Source of the DNA: Phyllosticta citribraziliensis
Lineage: Eukaryota
Assembly (NCBI RefSeq): GCF_038025025.1
Contig: NW_027117340.1
Span: 2,046,001-2,110,000 of the forward strand
Reading direction: 5' to 3'
DNA: 64,000 nucleotides
Shown: piece by piece, positions 51,164-62,078 of the stretch
Position numbering within the stretch: position 1 is the first letter of the stretch
Layout of the letters: every line of letters starts with the position of its first letter
Notes under the pieces: model-generated
What the model saw: only the letters and a program-made list of their open reading frames with translations
Told to the model about the DNA's origin: nothing
Databases searched by the model: none
Position numbers and translations under genes: made by a program

Positions 51164-51839
51164 CCTCGATGTGGGCACATTCCAGCAGGAAAAGGATTGG
51201 CGGTGCCACACGGACTTTGAGAAGTTCTGGCCTCAAATTGGATTTTTCTTCAAGGTCAAGTTCAGTTTCGACGGGATTCACAGATTGTCTTCACTGGGGA
51301 TCACAAATTGCAGGTTGAATGGTAGTTAGATCTGTCTCTCGACCAAAGCCCTAGGAATCTTTTCACGACGCAGAATAGGATACGTGACTCTGCAAGTCAT
51401 TGAGACCGTCGCGACAAACATCCAGTCGTGCAGTTTGCCTGTCATTAATACGGTATTCCGCTCCCTCGCTCCCGGAGTAGACTTCATTTCAAGGTTACTG
51501 ACTTTGATGGTGTCAGTGACCAATCAGACTGGTCAGCGGCCAGTGATTTGCGGGATATGTCTCAACTCCCCATGACTTCTAACTTCGGGGTCAACTCTTG
51601 AATTTCCTTTTCTCTTGGGGGGGTGTCGATGCTTTCCTCGTCGCTGGAAACATACAAAAAACCGCAGCTTCCCACATTTCTCTGTTGCTGAACCAACTTG
51701 ATCCAATTCCTTGACAACTGTGAGGAGTCATCAATCATCTTGTGGACTTCCATCACGCCACCAACTACTAGACAAGCTACGAGGCGGGAATTCGGGAACA
51801 GTGCGTTTACTCTCTGGCAACTCATGAAGACGGGGCCGT

Positions 51840-52616
51840 GAGAACATGAGTTGCAATTTCTGATACAGGCGAGAGTGTCAAGGCCCCACAGCCTCGACCA
51901 AGGCGAGGAACAGCGCTCGCAAGCGACACTCAGAAGCAAAACAGCAAGTCTCAGAAGGTATCACTTCAAAGAGCAACATCTCTTGTCAATCCAAAACTCC
52001 GCTGCCAAGCGATTTTGCTGAAAACGGCCAAGTAGGTGACCAACGCATGCGCAATGCAAACAAATACATCGCACTGCTGCAACAGCGACCAGAGCTGCTA
52101 GATATCGAAAATAGAAAGACTGGACATCGAGCTGCGGTAAATACGTGGCCAAAATCAAGAGCAGCGATCAGAGCAATCCGACATCGAAGAGCAAGAGAAG
52201 AGCTCCGAGCAATTCTACCAACACCTCGTCCGGAAAGCGGACGAGAAAGCCAACAAGTCGATGGAAGAGCCGCCGCACCCACCCGAGAATGCGGCAGAAC
52301 GCGATACTGTTCTTCAATAACGCTCCAGAGTATTGCGGATCACAGGGACTTATCGGCGACTGCGCGTCGGCCTAGTAACCCAGCCTGTCACCACCTGATG
52401 GTGCCGATTTCCGAGTCGCTGGCCAAGTTGCTCTACAATGTGGATCAGACGAGGCAGCAACTCGGCACAGGCACGGCCCAGGGGAAGGAGAAGGAAGATT
52501 TTCTCGCCGAGATTAGGAAATGCCTCGGGAACGATTGGTATGCGAATTTCCTCAAACTGGGGACGATGGTGTGTGAGCAGGGCTTCGTCTATCCTGGAAT
52601 TGGAGCATTGCGCTAG
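51840..52616 (+). pseudogene. Orphan array copy B (disrupted)
   Basis: DNA and protein similarity to copy C (CCTCGACCAAGGcGAGGAA; STKAR..RKR; RPELL; LLYNVDQ...EKEDFLAEI). It has TGA at 51847, TAA at 52138 and frameshifts. Confidence 0.65.
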
Positions 52617-53566
52617 GTAAGAGGACTAGGGGCGACAAGGGACTGTGCGATTTGGTTGTCTTGATGGTAAACCGTTGTATGCCGGAAGGACTTCTTCATA
52701 GCGTCGAATGCGGAAAGGCAGTGCTGGACGCTGCTTTCTCGAAAATCCACGGGAGGTTTGCAGAGTTGAACAAGCCGTCTTGGAAGCGTTGGAGATAGAG
52801 GAGAAGACATTATTTCCTCTCTTTCGGTTGGCGCCTTTTGAAAATCTGGTCTTTCATTCCAATGTTACTTTGGTGTTGTTGCTCTTTGTATCGAATCCAT
52901 TGACTCCTACATTGAAAGCTTCACTGATCGAGTGTTAGTTGATGTAGCAACTCATGTCCTCGCCAGGTTGAGAAAGTAAGTTGAAGTGTCCCACTTTCTA
53001 GATTTCATCTTGGCCAGCCAATCGGATACTCCGGCTGCAGGGCATACAGTACATTGATGCCGGCATCCCTCTGGTTTTCAAAAATTCAAAAAAAAAACCC
53101 CCATACTGCTTTTATTTCCAGTTCTGCCGGCGCCTCGCGATACTGAGTAGTGTTGTTGGGGCAGTAATATTTACTCTTTTAGGAAGTGACTAAGCGCGGG
53201 CTACAAATTCGGCTCGACTCAGCTAGCTACACCTTACACTAAGCATCCCACCTCAGTCAGTCATTACAGTCACAATACGAGTCTATCCCCGACCTAGTAG
53301 TTATTCGTTCTATCGGTGAATCTCCTTGTCCCCGATCGACCGGACTTGTCCGGCAGCCTGCGGGGTGTTTCTTTAAACACTCCAGCTTGACATTATCCTA
53401 TGTAGATTTTCTTGCTCCCTCTGTCTTCCTCGCTGGAGTCATAAATCAAACCTGGTCGAAGAAGCCTTTCAAAGTTCTTGAATATCTGCATGTGATCTGC
53501 GCGTTGCTTGGTGGATTTTCATCATGGCAAGAACAAAACAGGCCGCCAGAATGTCGATTGGGGGCC

Positions 53567-54298
53567 ATGGCTTCGGCCCAGGAGTACCACAGACGCCTTA
53601 TTAACCCTTGGACGCCTCCTGCAGACGAGTACGCGAGTACATGTGTGATAATATCAGACGGAGACGACATTCAAGAAGTGGCGACCTCGACCAAGGGGAG
53701 GAAGAAAGGTGTCCGCAAACGCCAACCAAAACAAAACAGGCAGACGGTGCCTGCAGGAGGAACTTCCGGAAGTCAGGCAGCATTGTCTTCCATCCACTGT
53801 CGTTTCCAACCGCACTGACGTTGTTTGCAGATGGTCAACGCAACATCTCGTGCGGTCCATCCACGATCATCAAGTGGCTGGCAGAACGCCCAGACTTGCT
53901 GCGCACAGAAGTCGAGAGACTGCGCGCCGATAATGAGCGGCAGGACGAAGCGATCCAAAACCAGGAGCAGAAATTCGCACAATTCAGAGCAGACGCAGCA
54001 GATCAACAGCCTCAGGGAAGAGCTGAAGGGCACCAAGATTTCGAAGAATGACGACGAGAAGAATGTGGCGCTCGAGGCTAAGATTCAGGAAGAGCTGCTT
54101 TACAGCGTTGAACAAATGTACGATGAAGTGCTCATGGAGAATGCTAGCCAGGAAAAGGACGACTTCCTTGCCAAAATTAAGGAGGGCCTCGGAAGTGGAC
54201 GGTATTCGTACTTCAGAAGAATCGGGAAAATGATTTGTGAAGAAGGGTTGGATTTTCCTGAACTTGAAATGTATCAGGTGAAAATGGAGGCCAACTAG
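53567..54298 (+). pseudogene. Orphan array copy C (one frameshift between coiled coil and C-terminal domain)
   Basis: ATG at 53567 and an intron at 53772-53830. The spliced frame (WLAERPDLLRTEVERLRADNE) stops at 54051, whereas the conserved domain LLYSVEQMYDEV...EKDDFLAKI is in another frame ending at 54298. Confidence 0.6.
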
Positions 54299-54841
54299 GA
54301 CAGCGATGAATTGTACAATCATTGTGAGCTGAAGGAATTTGACGGCGGTGTCAAGAGAGGAAGATCAATGCTGGATGAACATTGACATCTTGGAGATATG
54401 GAGAGAAATTGTGGTAAGTGGAATGCAGTTTAGTAGTCCCGTACTGACTTGGCGCTCAGGGCTCCTTTCACCAAATCAAATAACTTTTCGTTTGATGGTT
54501 TGCCTGATCAAGGCTGCTTGATTCTGTAACCGTCCTCTTGCTAGATTGTGAATGTAAGGTGAAAATCTGGCGTTTGTCCAGATCTGTTCTTGGCCAGCCA
54601 ATCGGATAGTCCGGTTGCAATGGTATATCGACACACGTACCTCCGCCCTTTCGCTTTTCACAGCTCACTTCTTTCATCTCTAATTTTTGCCGGCACTCGT
54701 TAGCATACGAGCAGTGCGAAAAGCTGCAAGCACTGTGTCGAGAACGAAAGTAATGCACCGCGTTTTCCCCCGCACTGCAGAAGACACTGACTCGTCCTCC
54801 GCTTTCAGCCTCCATCGTCGGTCTCGCGTCGACGTGACGGG

Positions 54842-55633
54842 ATGGCGAGTACAACGGATTTCGGCAGCGAGGACAACGAATTGTCCCGTGAACTTCAAGA
54901 CCAGGGCGAGCAACGTACTCAGTTGCTGTCGAACGATGACGACGTACCTTTCCGCGATGAAAGCGAAACCGTAAATCCTCAGTTGCTGTTGAAAGACGAC
55001 GACGCGTCTTTCCGCGACGAAAGCGAACCCGTACATCCTCAGTTGCTCTTGGAAGACGACGACGCGTCTTACCGCGACGAGAGCGAAACCGGACATCTAC
55101 CTTCCAGCGACGACGTCCAGTCTCCTCCAGTGAGCCTGAAGCGTAAACGCGGGCGTCCCAGGAAGGAGCAGAGCGTATGCCAGGCTCAGGCAACTGCCCT
55201 CCAAGAATGTCACACCGGAGTCAAGACCGAAAAAAGGAAACGCGATCGTCCTAGAAAGGAGATTGCTCTTCAAGACGATGGCATCCCAGTGAAGATCGAG
55301 AAAAGGAAACTCGGCCGTCCGCTGAAGTTTCCTCCATTGACGGCTCCGCACGAAGCGGGCTACGGGCAAGCTGCTGCTGTCGTCTCCAAGAGACCACCAG
55401 AGGATGCCGATCTCCGCGCTGAAGTCGAGAAGCTGCGTTCCGCGCAGGAGCAGCAAAACGTCACCAACACGGAACAAGCGATCAAAATTTCTCAGCTGGA
55501 AGCCGAACAATCTCGCCAGGCATGCGAGGTCAGACAGCTCAGGCGGGAATTCCAGGCGTCAAAGGAATCAAAGGAATCGTCGGAGAGTCAGCTGTACTGC
55601 CGAGGCAATAGCAATATTTGCAGGTTGCGTTGA
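54842..55633 (+). CDS. Orphan array copy D: acidic 20-aa repeats, AT-hooks and coiled coil
   Basis: 263-aa ORF with KRKRGRPRK, KRKRDRPRK and KRKLGRPLK. RPPEDADLRAEVEKLR matches copy C RPDLLRTEVERLR. Confidence 0.65.
   Translation: MASTTDFGSEDNELSRELQDQGEQRTQLLSNDDDVPFRDESETVNPQLLLKDDDASFRDESEPVHPQLLLEDDDASYRDESETGHLPSSDDVQSPPVSLKRKRGRPRKEQSVCQAQATALQECHTGVKTEKRKRDRPRKEIALQDDGIPVKIEKRKLGRPLKFPPLTAPHEAGYGQAAAVVSKRPPEDADLRAEVEKLRSAQEQQNVTNTEQAIKISQLEAEQSRQACEVRQLRREFQASKESKESSESQLYCRGNSNICRLR
54918..55097 (+). repeat. 60-bp coding tandem repeat x3
   Basis: CTCAGTTGCT...GACGAC...CCGCGA.GA.AGCGAA.CC recurs at an exact 60-bp period. Confidence 0.92.
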
Positions 55634-56926
55634 TTTGCTAAGGCGGCTTGGACCGTTGTGAGGCTTTGGTTGAGAGCAGCTAGGACGTTGCTTTCCCGGT
55701 GTTCGAGTGTGCTACCTTTCTCTTCCTCTCTCTCTCTCTTTCTCTCTCTCTCTCTTTTTTTCTCTCGTGGTTCGGTTTCCTACGTAGGGTGCTTTCGAGG
55801 GGACTGGAGTTTGCTTTCAATTTTTCGAGGTCTCAAGGGCAGGAGAGCGACCACAAAAAATCGAAATCCCAAGACATGCGTCCAGAGCGAGAGGACCAGC
55901 CATCCCAGACGACGGACCTCTAGCGGACCGGCCCGTCCTACCGCCACACCCTCAGTCCTAGCTTCGTTGCCCTTTCGAGAATGGGCGTTGTGGCAAGGCG
56001 ACCAACCAGATGCGGGAAAGACGGATGCCATGCCACGCGGGCCGCGGCAGAGGCAAAGGAATGGGCCGAGACTTTTCCGACGATGCATCTCGCGCGAGGG
56101 CATAAGGCACGGAAATGGATTGGTTGGAGGAGCGGTCAGTCGGGAAGAGGAGCGAGTGAGTAGGCGATGGTGAGGGAGCGGAGGGCAAATGTCGTGGAAG
56201 GCGCTGGATGAATTCTTCCTCTCCAGCTGACGCCGAAAAAGCAAACCTTCATGAGCTTCTTCCATCTCCATTTAGTCTACAAAATTGTATCCTGCTTTCC
56301 GTTTTCTCCCCAATTTTCTTTGTCTAGTTTAGGAGTCTTTACCGGCGTCCCGGGAATAAAAGCATCTCACAATAATGGCTTCACCGGACATAGAGCAGAC
56401 GCAGCGGTTCCTTGCACTCACACCAATCTCATGACGTCAACCCGACCCTAACAGTGGCACACAACAACCCCATCAGATCTTCACGCCCCTGACCCCTCCC
56501 CTGTCCGCAGTGACGCGCATATCCCATCCCAGTCCACCAATCCCGTCAATATCACATCACACACCAACGGATGTGACGATGCGGGGAAGCTTACCAAGAA
56601 GAGACGTCACCACCACCACAGCGTCTCTCCGCTGTTCAGATCTATTGACCATGTTCACAAATCAATCGAACCCCAAGGTTGTATTGCGTGTAGGCCGAGT
56701 CGGCACCCATGAGAGTTTCGATTTTGGTGAATGAGATATAAGACTAGGTCTTGGGAAGGAAAATAGGGACATTACTTGTTTAGAATATTCGACTTGCTCA
56801 AACGCCTCATTGGCCTACCTACCTGTCTACGTCTAATCGGAACCTACTGCTTTCCGCACACCATCCAAACAACCCAACTTGTCCTCCAGCAGCCTCCAGT
56901 CTCTATATTTTCACCAAACAGCGTCA

Positions 56927-58242
56927 ATGGCCGCCCCATCGCAGACCATGCGCGCCATCGCGCTCTCCCGCCACGGCGACGCAACCGTCTTCCACAGCAC
57001 GACGCTGCCCAAGCCGACAGCCAGCGGGCACGACCTGCTCGTCCGCGTGCACGCCACGAGCGTCAACCCGGTCGACACCAAGGTGCGCGCCGGGACATAC
57101 GACGACTACCAAACGACCGCGTATACCCCTGGCCCGGACGACAAGACGCCGCAGAAAAACGCCCTCGCGTACTTTGACCGCGCGCCAAAGCCGCCGAACC
57201 ACGTGCTGGGCTTCGACGGGGCGGGCGTGGTGGACGAGGTAGGCGACGAGGCGGCCAAGAAGGGCTGGCGAGTCGGCGACGACGTCTTTTACTCGAGCTC
57301 GCCCGTGCGCCAGGGCGCCAATGCGCAGTGGCAGCTCGTCGACGCGCGCAGCGTCGCGCGCAAGCCGCGGAGCTTGTCGTGGGCGCAGGCGGCGGCGCTG
57401 CCGTTGACGTGGATTACGGCGTGGGAGGCGCTGGTGGAGCGGATGGGCATAGCAGAGGGCGAGGAGGCGGGCGTCTTGATCGTTAACGGGGCTGGCGGTA
57501 AGTTATTTTGCTTCTCCTTTTGTCCCCGTTGTACCTGTACCTTTGGACGACGTGAAGTGCGACGGCGAGGCCGCAGAACGACGACCCCGACCGTGTCGCA
57601 CCCAACGCGCTGCGCCCATCTGTTGCCATACCCAGATTGCCACACAAATGGACCGCTCACGCATCTTTCCATGTGTTTCCAGGCGTTGGGTCAGTCGCCA
57701 CGCAAATAGCCCGGCGCATTCTCCGGCTCCCCGTCGTCGTAACGACAGCGTCACGGCCCGAGACGACAGAGTTCAGCCGCTCCATGGGCGCGTCGCACGT
57801 TATCAACCACCGCGAACCGTTGCCGCCGCAGGTCGAAGCGCTGGCCCTGCCCATGCCGATCAAGTACGTATTCATCACCTACCGTACTGAGCAGTACATG
57901 GATGCCGCAGCGGCCATCTGCGCGCCCTTTGGCAAGGTTTGCAGCATCGTCCAGACCAAGGAGCTCAACATGTATGGCGCCCAGTGGATGGCAAAGTGCC
58001 TGACATTTGTGTGGGAGCTGCTGGGAACCAAGCCGTGGTACGGCGTCGACGTCGAGAGCCACGGCGAGATTCTGCGGCGCTTGGCGTCCTGGGTCGACGA
58101 GGGCAGGATTGTGAGCCACCTGCGCGAGACGATGCCGTTGACGGTCGACGGCATCGTGCGGGCACACCAGGCAGTCGAGGCCAGCAGGGTCGTTGGCAAG
58201 GTCGGCTTGGAGGTTCAAGAGGATGGGGGCGTCTTCATGTGA
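56927..58242 (+). CDS. MDR-family NADPH quinone-oxidoreductase-like protein (zinc-type ADH-like, lacking Zn ligands)
   Basis: SVNPVDTKVR, VLGFDGAGVV, AAALPLTWITAWEAL, NGAG|GVGSVATQIA and VINHREPL. Intron 57498-57682. Confidence 0.9.
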
Positions 58243-60266
58243 GGTTGCAGGTCTTGGTGGGTCGTCTCGTCCAGCGTCTATCTTTCAGGGCCTGCAGTGG
58301 CACAGGGGCCTCAACCCACCTGATGCGTTCAGTATGACTGCCAAATGATGGAAGATGAACTCTAATACATACCACTTGTGAATCAATCCACCCACATGTC
58401 GGTTAGCTGTTGAGACCCACGCGTCGATGGTTGTGAAGACGGAGGAACTCTCCTGAAGAAGACGGCTTGGAGAGAGCCCGTCCCCTGAGAAGAGCATGTT
58501 GCCTTGGCCGGAATGATGTCGGCATACGCTTCGACGCAACAATGACCGAAATGCTCTGTCATGTAGAGCAGGCCCGTTGCCTCAAAGGTGGACAACTCGT
58601 GTAGGAAACGCAACGGCTGTGCGCCAGCATTGTGACACTCTGACGTCGAGGGAGGGATTAGAAAGGGCCGCCCCATCCTGATCTTCACGCTTGGAGATCT
58701 CGCGCGGCCAGTATCCCGCAACGACGTCAACCCAGAGGACGTTGGCAGCCATGGTGTGCATAGCAGAGGCGTTGTTGAGTTCCATGTACACTATTAAGTG
58801 GATGTTGGCTAATGAAACAACCGCTCCACCATCTTTGCAAAGCATCGCGCGTGCGGACAGTGCAGGGCCAGTGGAGCTCTCATTTCTCATCACGTCAGGT
58901 AAAGGAGCTGATGATTTTCACGCCGTGCCGGAGGAAAGAGAGTCAAGTGGTGCCTTCATGTCGCAGCCCATCCCACACGGCGACGGCTGACTCGGCTTCG
59001 TGACGAGACCCTCTCATCCCACAGCAGGAGTTCAAGAACATGTGCCTCGTTGCTAAGGTGAGACATGGATTCGCACGCAACTGCAGCAAAGAGAATCTAC
59101 GAACGCTGCTCAGGAGTCCAGAACTAGCCAAGCGGCTGGAGGCGAGTAACTTCCGGGCCCGCAATTCTCAACAACAGTCACGTGCGGCAACAATTTTGCC
59201 CAGTTCATCGAGATCTCGATGGCAGCGCGGACGGCCAGTTTGGCCTAGTTTAATTAATATAAGCAAGTGGGCGTGGAGACGACTTGCGCTGCTGCTTGTC
59301 CGCGTCGACGACGGCCCCCCACCCCTGTTGTCTTCCAGCCAACGGCGCCCTCATGCTCTCTGCAAACGCAAATGAAGCTGGCGTTGGACTCGCGATGGTT
59401 GGGACCTTGCTCACGCCCTGTGGTGTGGTGGGGTCGGGTCCGTCTACAGGCGCCGCTGTTGGCTAGTGGCACCCAGGAGAGGACCCAAAACCGCCGGCGC
59501 TTTTTTCTTTCTTCGAACACCGTCGACTCGTGCCTGATCTTCTTCTTTGAGGGCTCCCGTGGGCCCTACGGGCGACGAGCTTGACGGTCCACGATGTTCC
59601 CCAGGTCTGAATGCCATCCCGGTCTCTCGCATTGGCCTTGGAAACCGGAAGGCTAATGAGATTGGGCATGTATGAGGTCATTGCCGGCCTGCAAGGACAA
59701 GAGCCGCAGCCCCAGTTGGACAACACTCCGCCCGAGCGCCACTCAAACGCCACCCGTTTGGTCCAGCTGTTTGTGCATTCCCGGATCTGCAGCAAGGAAA
59801 CTTGGCGTCTTTGCGCTGCTGACGTCGACTGGGTCCAACAGCCGGTGGATCGCCCCGTGTCCGCGATATGTACCGCCTGGTTCCCTTCGCTCATTTAAAA
59901 CTGCTGGTCTTTTAGCGTCGCGTGCCTGAAAAAGTTGTACTTGTTGCTCTTCACGAGGGAGCCTGTGGCACTGGTCTGCAAAAGCCAAGCTCTTTGATTC
60001 TTAATTGACAGGACCGAGCCCGCGGCGTCAAAGGGAATTTCAAAAACCCTCGATGCCTACCCCTCCCATGATTCTGTCGAGTAGCTGATATGATTGATAG
60101 CCATCCTCCGCTACCTCTCCGCCTTTTGGCTGGCTACAACGAACTCTGGTCCGCCCCATCAAAAGACTTTTCTTTTTTTTTTCTCTCTCTTCTTCTTCTC
60201 TTTCTCCATTGGTGTCTTTCTTTTTAGTCTTGAATTCATGAGGAAGGACTCATGTGGAAAGGAGGG

Positions 60267-60311
60267 GAAGAGCCATGATTTGAAGAGCCATGATTTGAAG
60301 AGCCATGATGT
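60267..60311 (+). repeat. 15-bp tandem repeat x3 (GAAGAGCCATGATTT)
   Basis: Read directly, just 3' of the bZIP gene. Confidence 0.85.
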
Positions 60312-60415
60312 GGAAGAAGGAAAACGAAAGCGAAGTGGTATAGAAGAGGGAGAGAAAAGAGACAAACACCGGAACACCCAGCGACCACAGATGCACTATT
60401 CGGACTTTTCCTTCT

Positions 60416-61468
60416 TCATCGCGGAGGCCTCAATAGGTTGCTCCGACCAACCTTCGTTGGGTCCGCTTCGACCGTGATCGACTTCGACTGGTTGCCCATG
60501 TTAGGAGTGCCGCCGCCGCCTTCTGGTCCGAGGCTGTTGACACGAGCACAGACTTTTGAAGCTTCGACTTCGATAAACCTATCGATTGGACCGTATCGAC
60601 AGTCGGAATGTGCGAATGCAGCGTTTTTGAGGTCAAAGAGTTCGCTTAGAAGAGCGGTCCTTCGGGCGTGCAAAATTGTGTTGTCTGCCTGCAATGCTCT
60701 GCACCTTTCGTCCAAGGAAACCACCCACTCCTTCTTCTTCTGCCGACACTTGTGTGCTGCCATACGGTTGCGCTCTAGGAAGTGCTCCCGCTTCAGCTGT
60801 TCGTCGGCATCCAAGTCTTCGGAGGGCTCGACCGTCGAATTCTTCCTTGAGCGTGTCCTTGGGGAGCTGGTACTGGATTTACCCTCCGACGAGGCCTCTC
60901 TCTTTCTGTTCATGCCGTTGCCACGCTGAATCTGGTCTGGACTATTGCTCTGGCCCCCGGTGGTGTGACTCCGCAGCCTCCTTGGCTGAGTGTCCCTCTT
61001 GGGAGTGTTGTCGCTGTCAGGGGTGTATTGACCGTGCTTCTCCCGAGCAGTGCCATGGTGTAGGGGAAGCGGAGCAGCTGAAGACGAAGAGCGGGCAGGA
61101 AGTGACCTCTCCCTCCCGTCGAACGTGGAATGGGTTCCGCCTCCTTGAATGGCAAGAGCTTGGGGAGTTGGAGCAGATGAAGCAGATGAAGACGAAGCGC
61201 GCAGATGAAGATAGCTGTCCCTGGGGTCAGGTGCAGGCCAGGCCATGCCTTGCGGGGTGAAAAGAGCTTGAGGATGCACCGTTTGCAGCTCTGGGCTGAG
61301 TGTCCCCGTGGACAAGGGAACGACGTCTTGGGGTTGTTGGGGTGGCAGAGACGATGGCAGAGCCATCAATGCAGGCGAGGAAAAGGACGTGAGAAGACTG
61401 CCGTCGTCGGGGCCTGGTGGTACGGCGTCGAAGGGAAAATCATCGAGATTGTCGAGGTCGCCGGCCAT
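60416..61468 (-). CDS. ATF/CREB-type bZIP transcription factor (Atf21/AtfB-D-like)
   Basis: Basic region KREHFLERNRMAAHKCRQKKKEW, leucine zipper and H..C tail typical of fungal ATF bZIPs. Confidence 0.88.
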   Translation of the reverse strand: MAGDLDNLDDFPFDAVPPGPDDGSLLTSFSSPALMALPSSLPPQQPQDVVPLSTGTLSPELQTVHPQALFTPQGMAWPAPDPRDSYLHLRASSSSASSAPTPQALAIQGGGTHSTFDGRERSLPARSSSSAAPLPLHHGTAREKHGQYTPDSDNTPKRDTQPRRLRSHTTGGQSNSPDQIQRGNGMNRKREASSEGKSSTSSPRTRSRKNSTVEPSEDLDADEQLKREHFLERNRMAAHKCRQKKKEWVVSLDERCRALQADNTILHARRTALLSELFDLKNAAFAHSDCRYGPIDRFIEVEASKVCARVNSLGPEGGGGTPNMGNQSKSITVEADPTKVGRSNLLRPPR

Positions 61469-62033
61469 TGCGGAGAGAAAGAGGTGGAGATCAAAGATGC
61501 AGTAGTCGAGTCGAGCGCATCAACGCGCCGTTCGAAGTACACAGCAGCGGCCGAGTCGTTGAGAGACAGACGGAGGAACAGAAGAAGCTTTGCAGGACCA
61601 CGTTCAGCAAGAGTCTTGCGACGCGTCTCAGGGTACAAGATGGGTGTTTGTTGAAGAAATTTTTTCTCGAGGGGCTAATCTACTGGTACTGGAGGAGAAG
61701 CGTGGACGAGTCGACGGCGCAAGCAAGGCTCGAGCACAGCCAAAGGACGAAGCAACGCCAAAGACGATGTGGCGGCAAATATCGTCAGATGAAGCGGAGG
61801 GGTGGTGTGTGGTGGTAGAGGACGCCAAGACTGGGGGCTTGGTCGAGGACGAGAAGAGGGCTGGCGACGGAAGTTTTGCGATGACTGGGGTGAGTGACGA
61901 ACGCAAGAGCCTGGCCTGGGGAAGCGTGGGAGCAACAAATGGAAAAACAAGTCGGGCGGACAGGTGGGCGAGGGGTGAGGCGACCTGAGGGGGGAGAGAG
62001 AGAGAAAGAGAGAGGGCAGTCCAGTGAGGTGGT

Positions 62034-62078
62034 GGGCAGGGCAGGGCAGGGCAGGGCAGGGCAGGGCAGGGCAGGGCA
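62034..62078 (+). repeat. (GGGCA)9 microsatellite with G-quadruplex potential
   Basis: Nine perfect pentamers, with an additional G run at about 62119-62134, in the bZIP/Sec2 divergent region. Confidence 0.9.

Noticed and set aside
58285..59900. Overlapping minus-strand ORF fragments that might be a decayed gene
   Set aside because: I could not assemble a consistent frame or recognise a family; it needs BLASTx.
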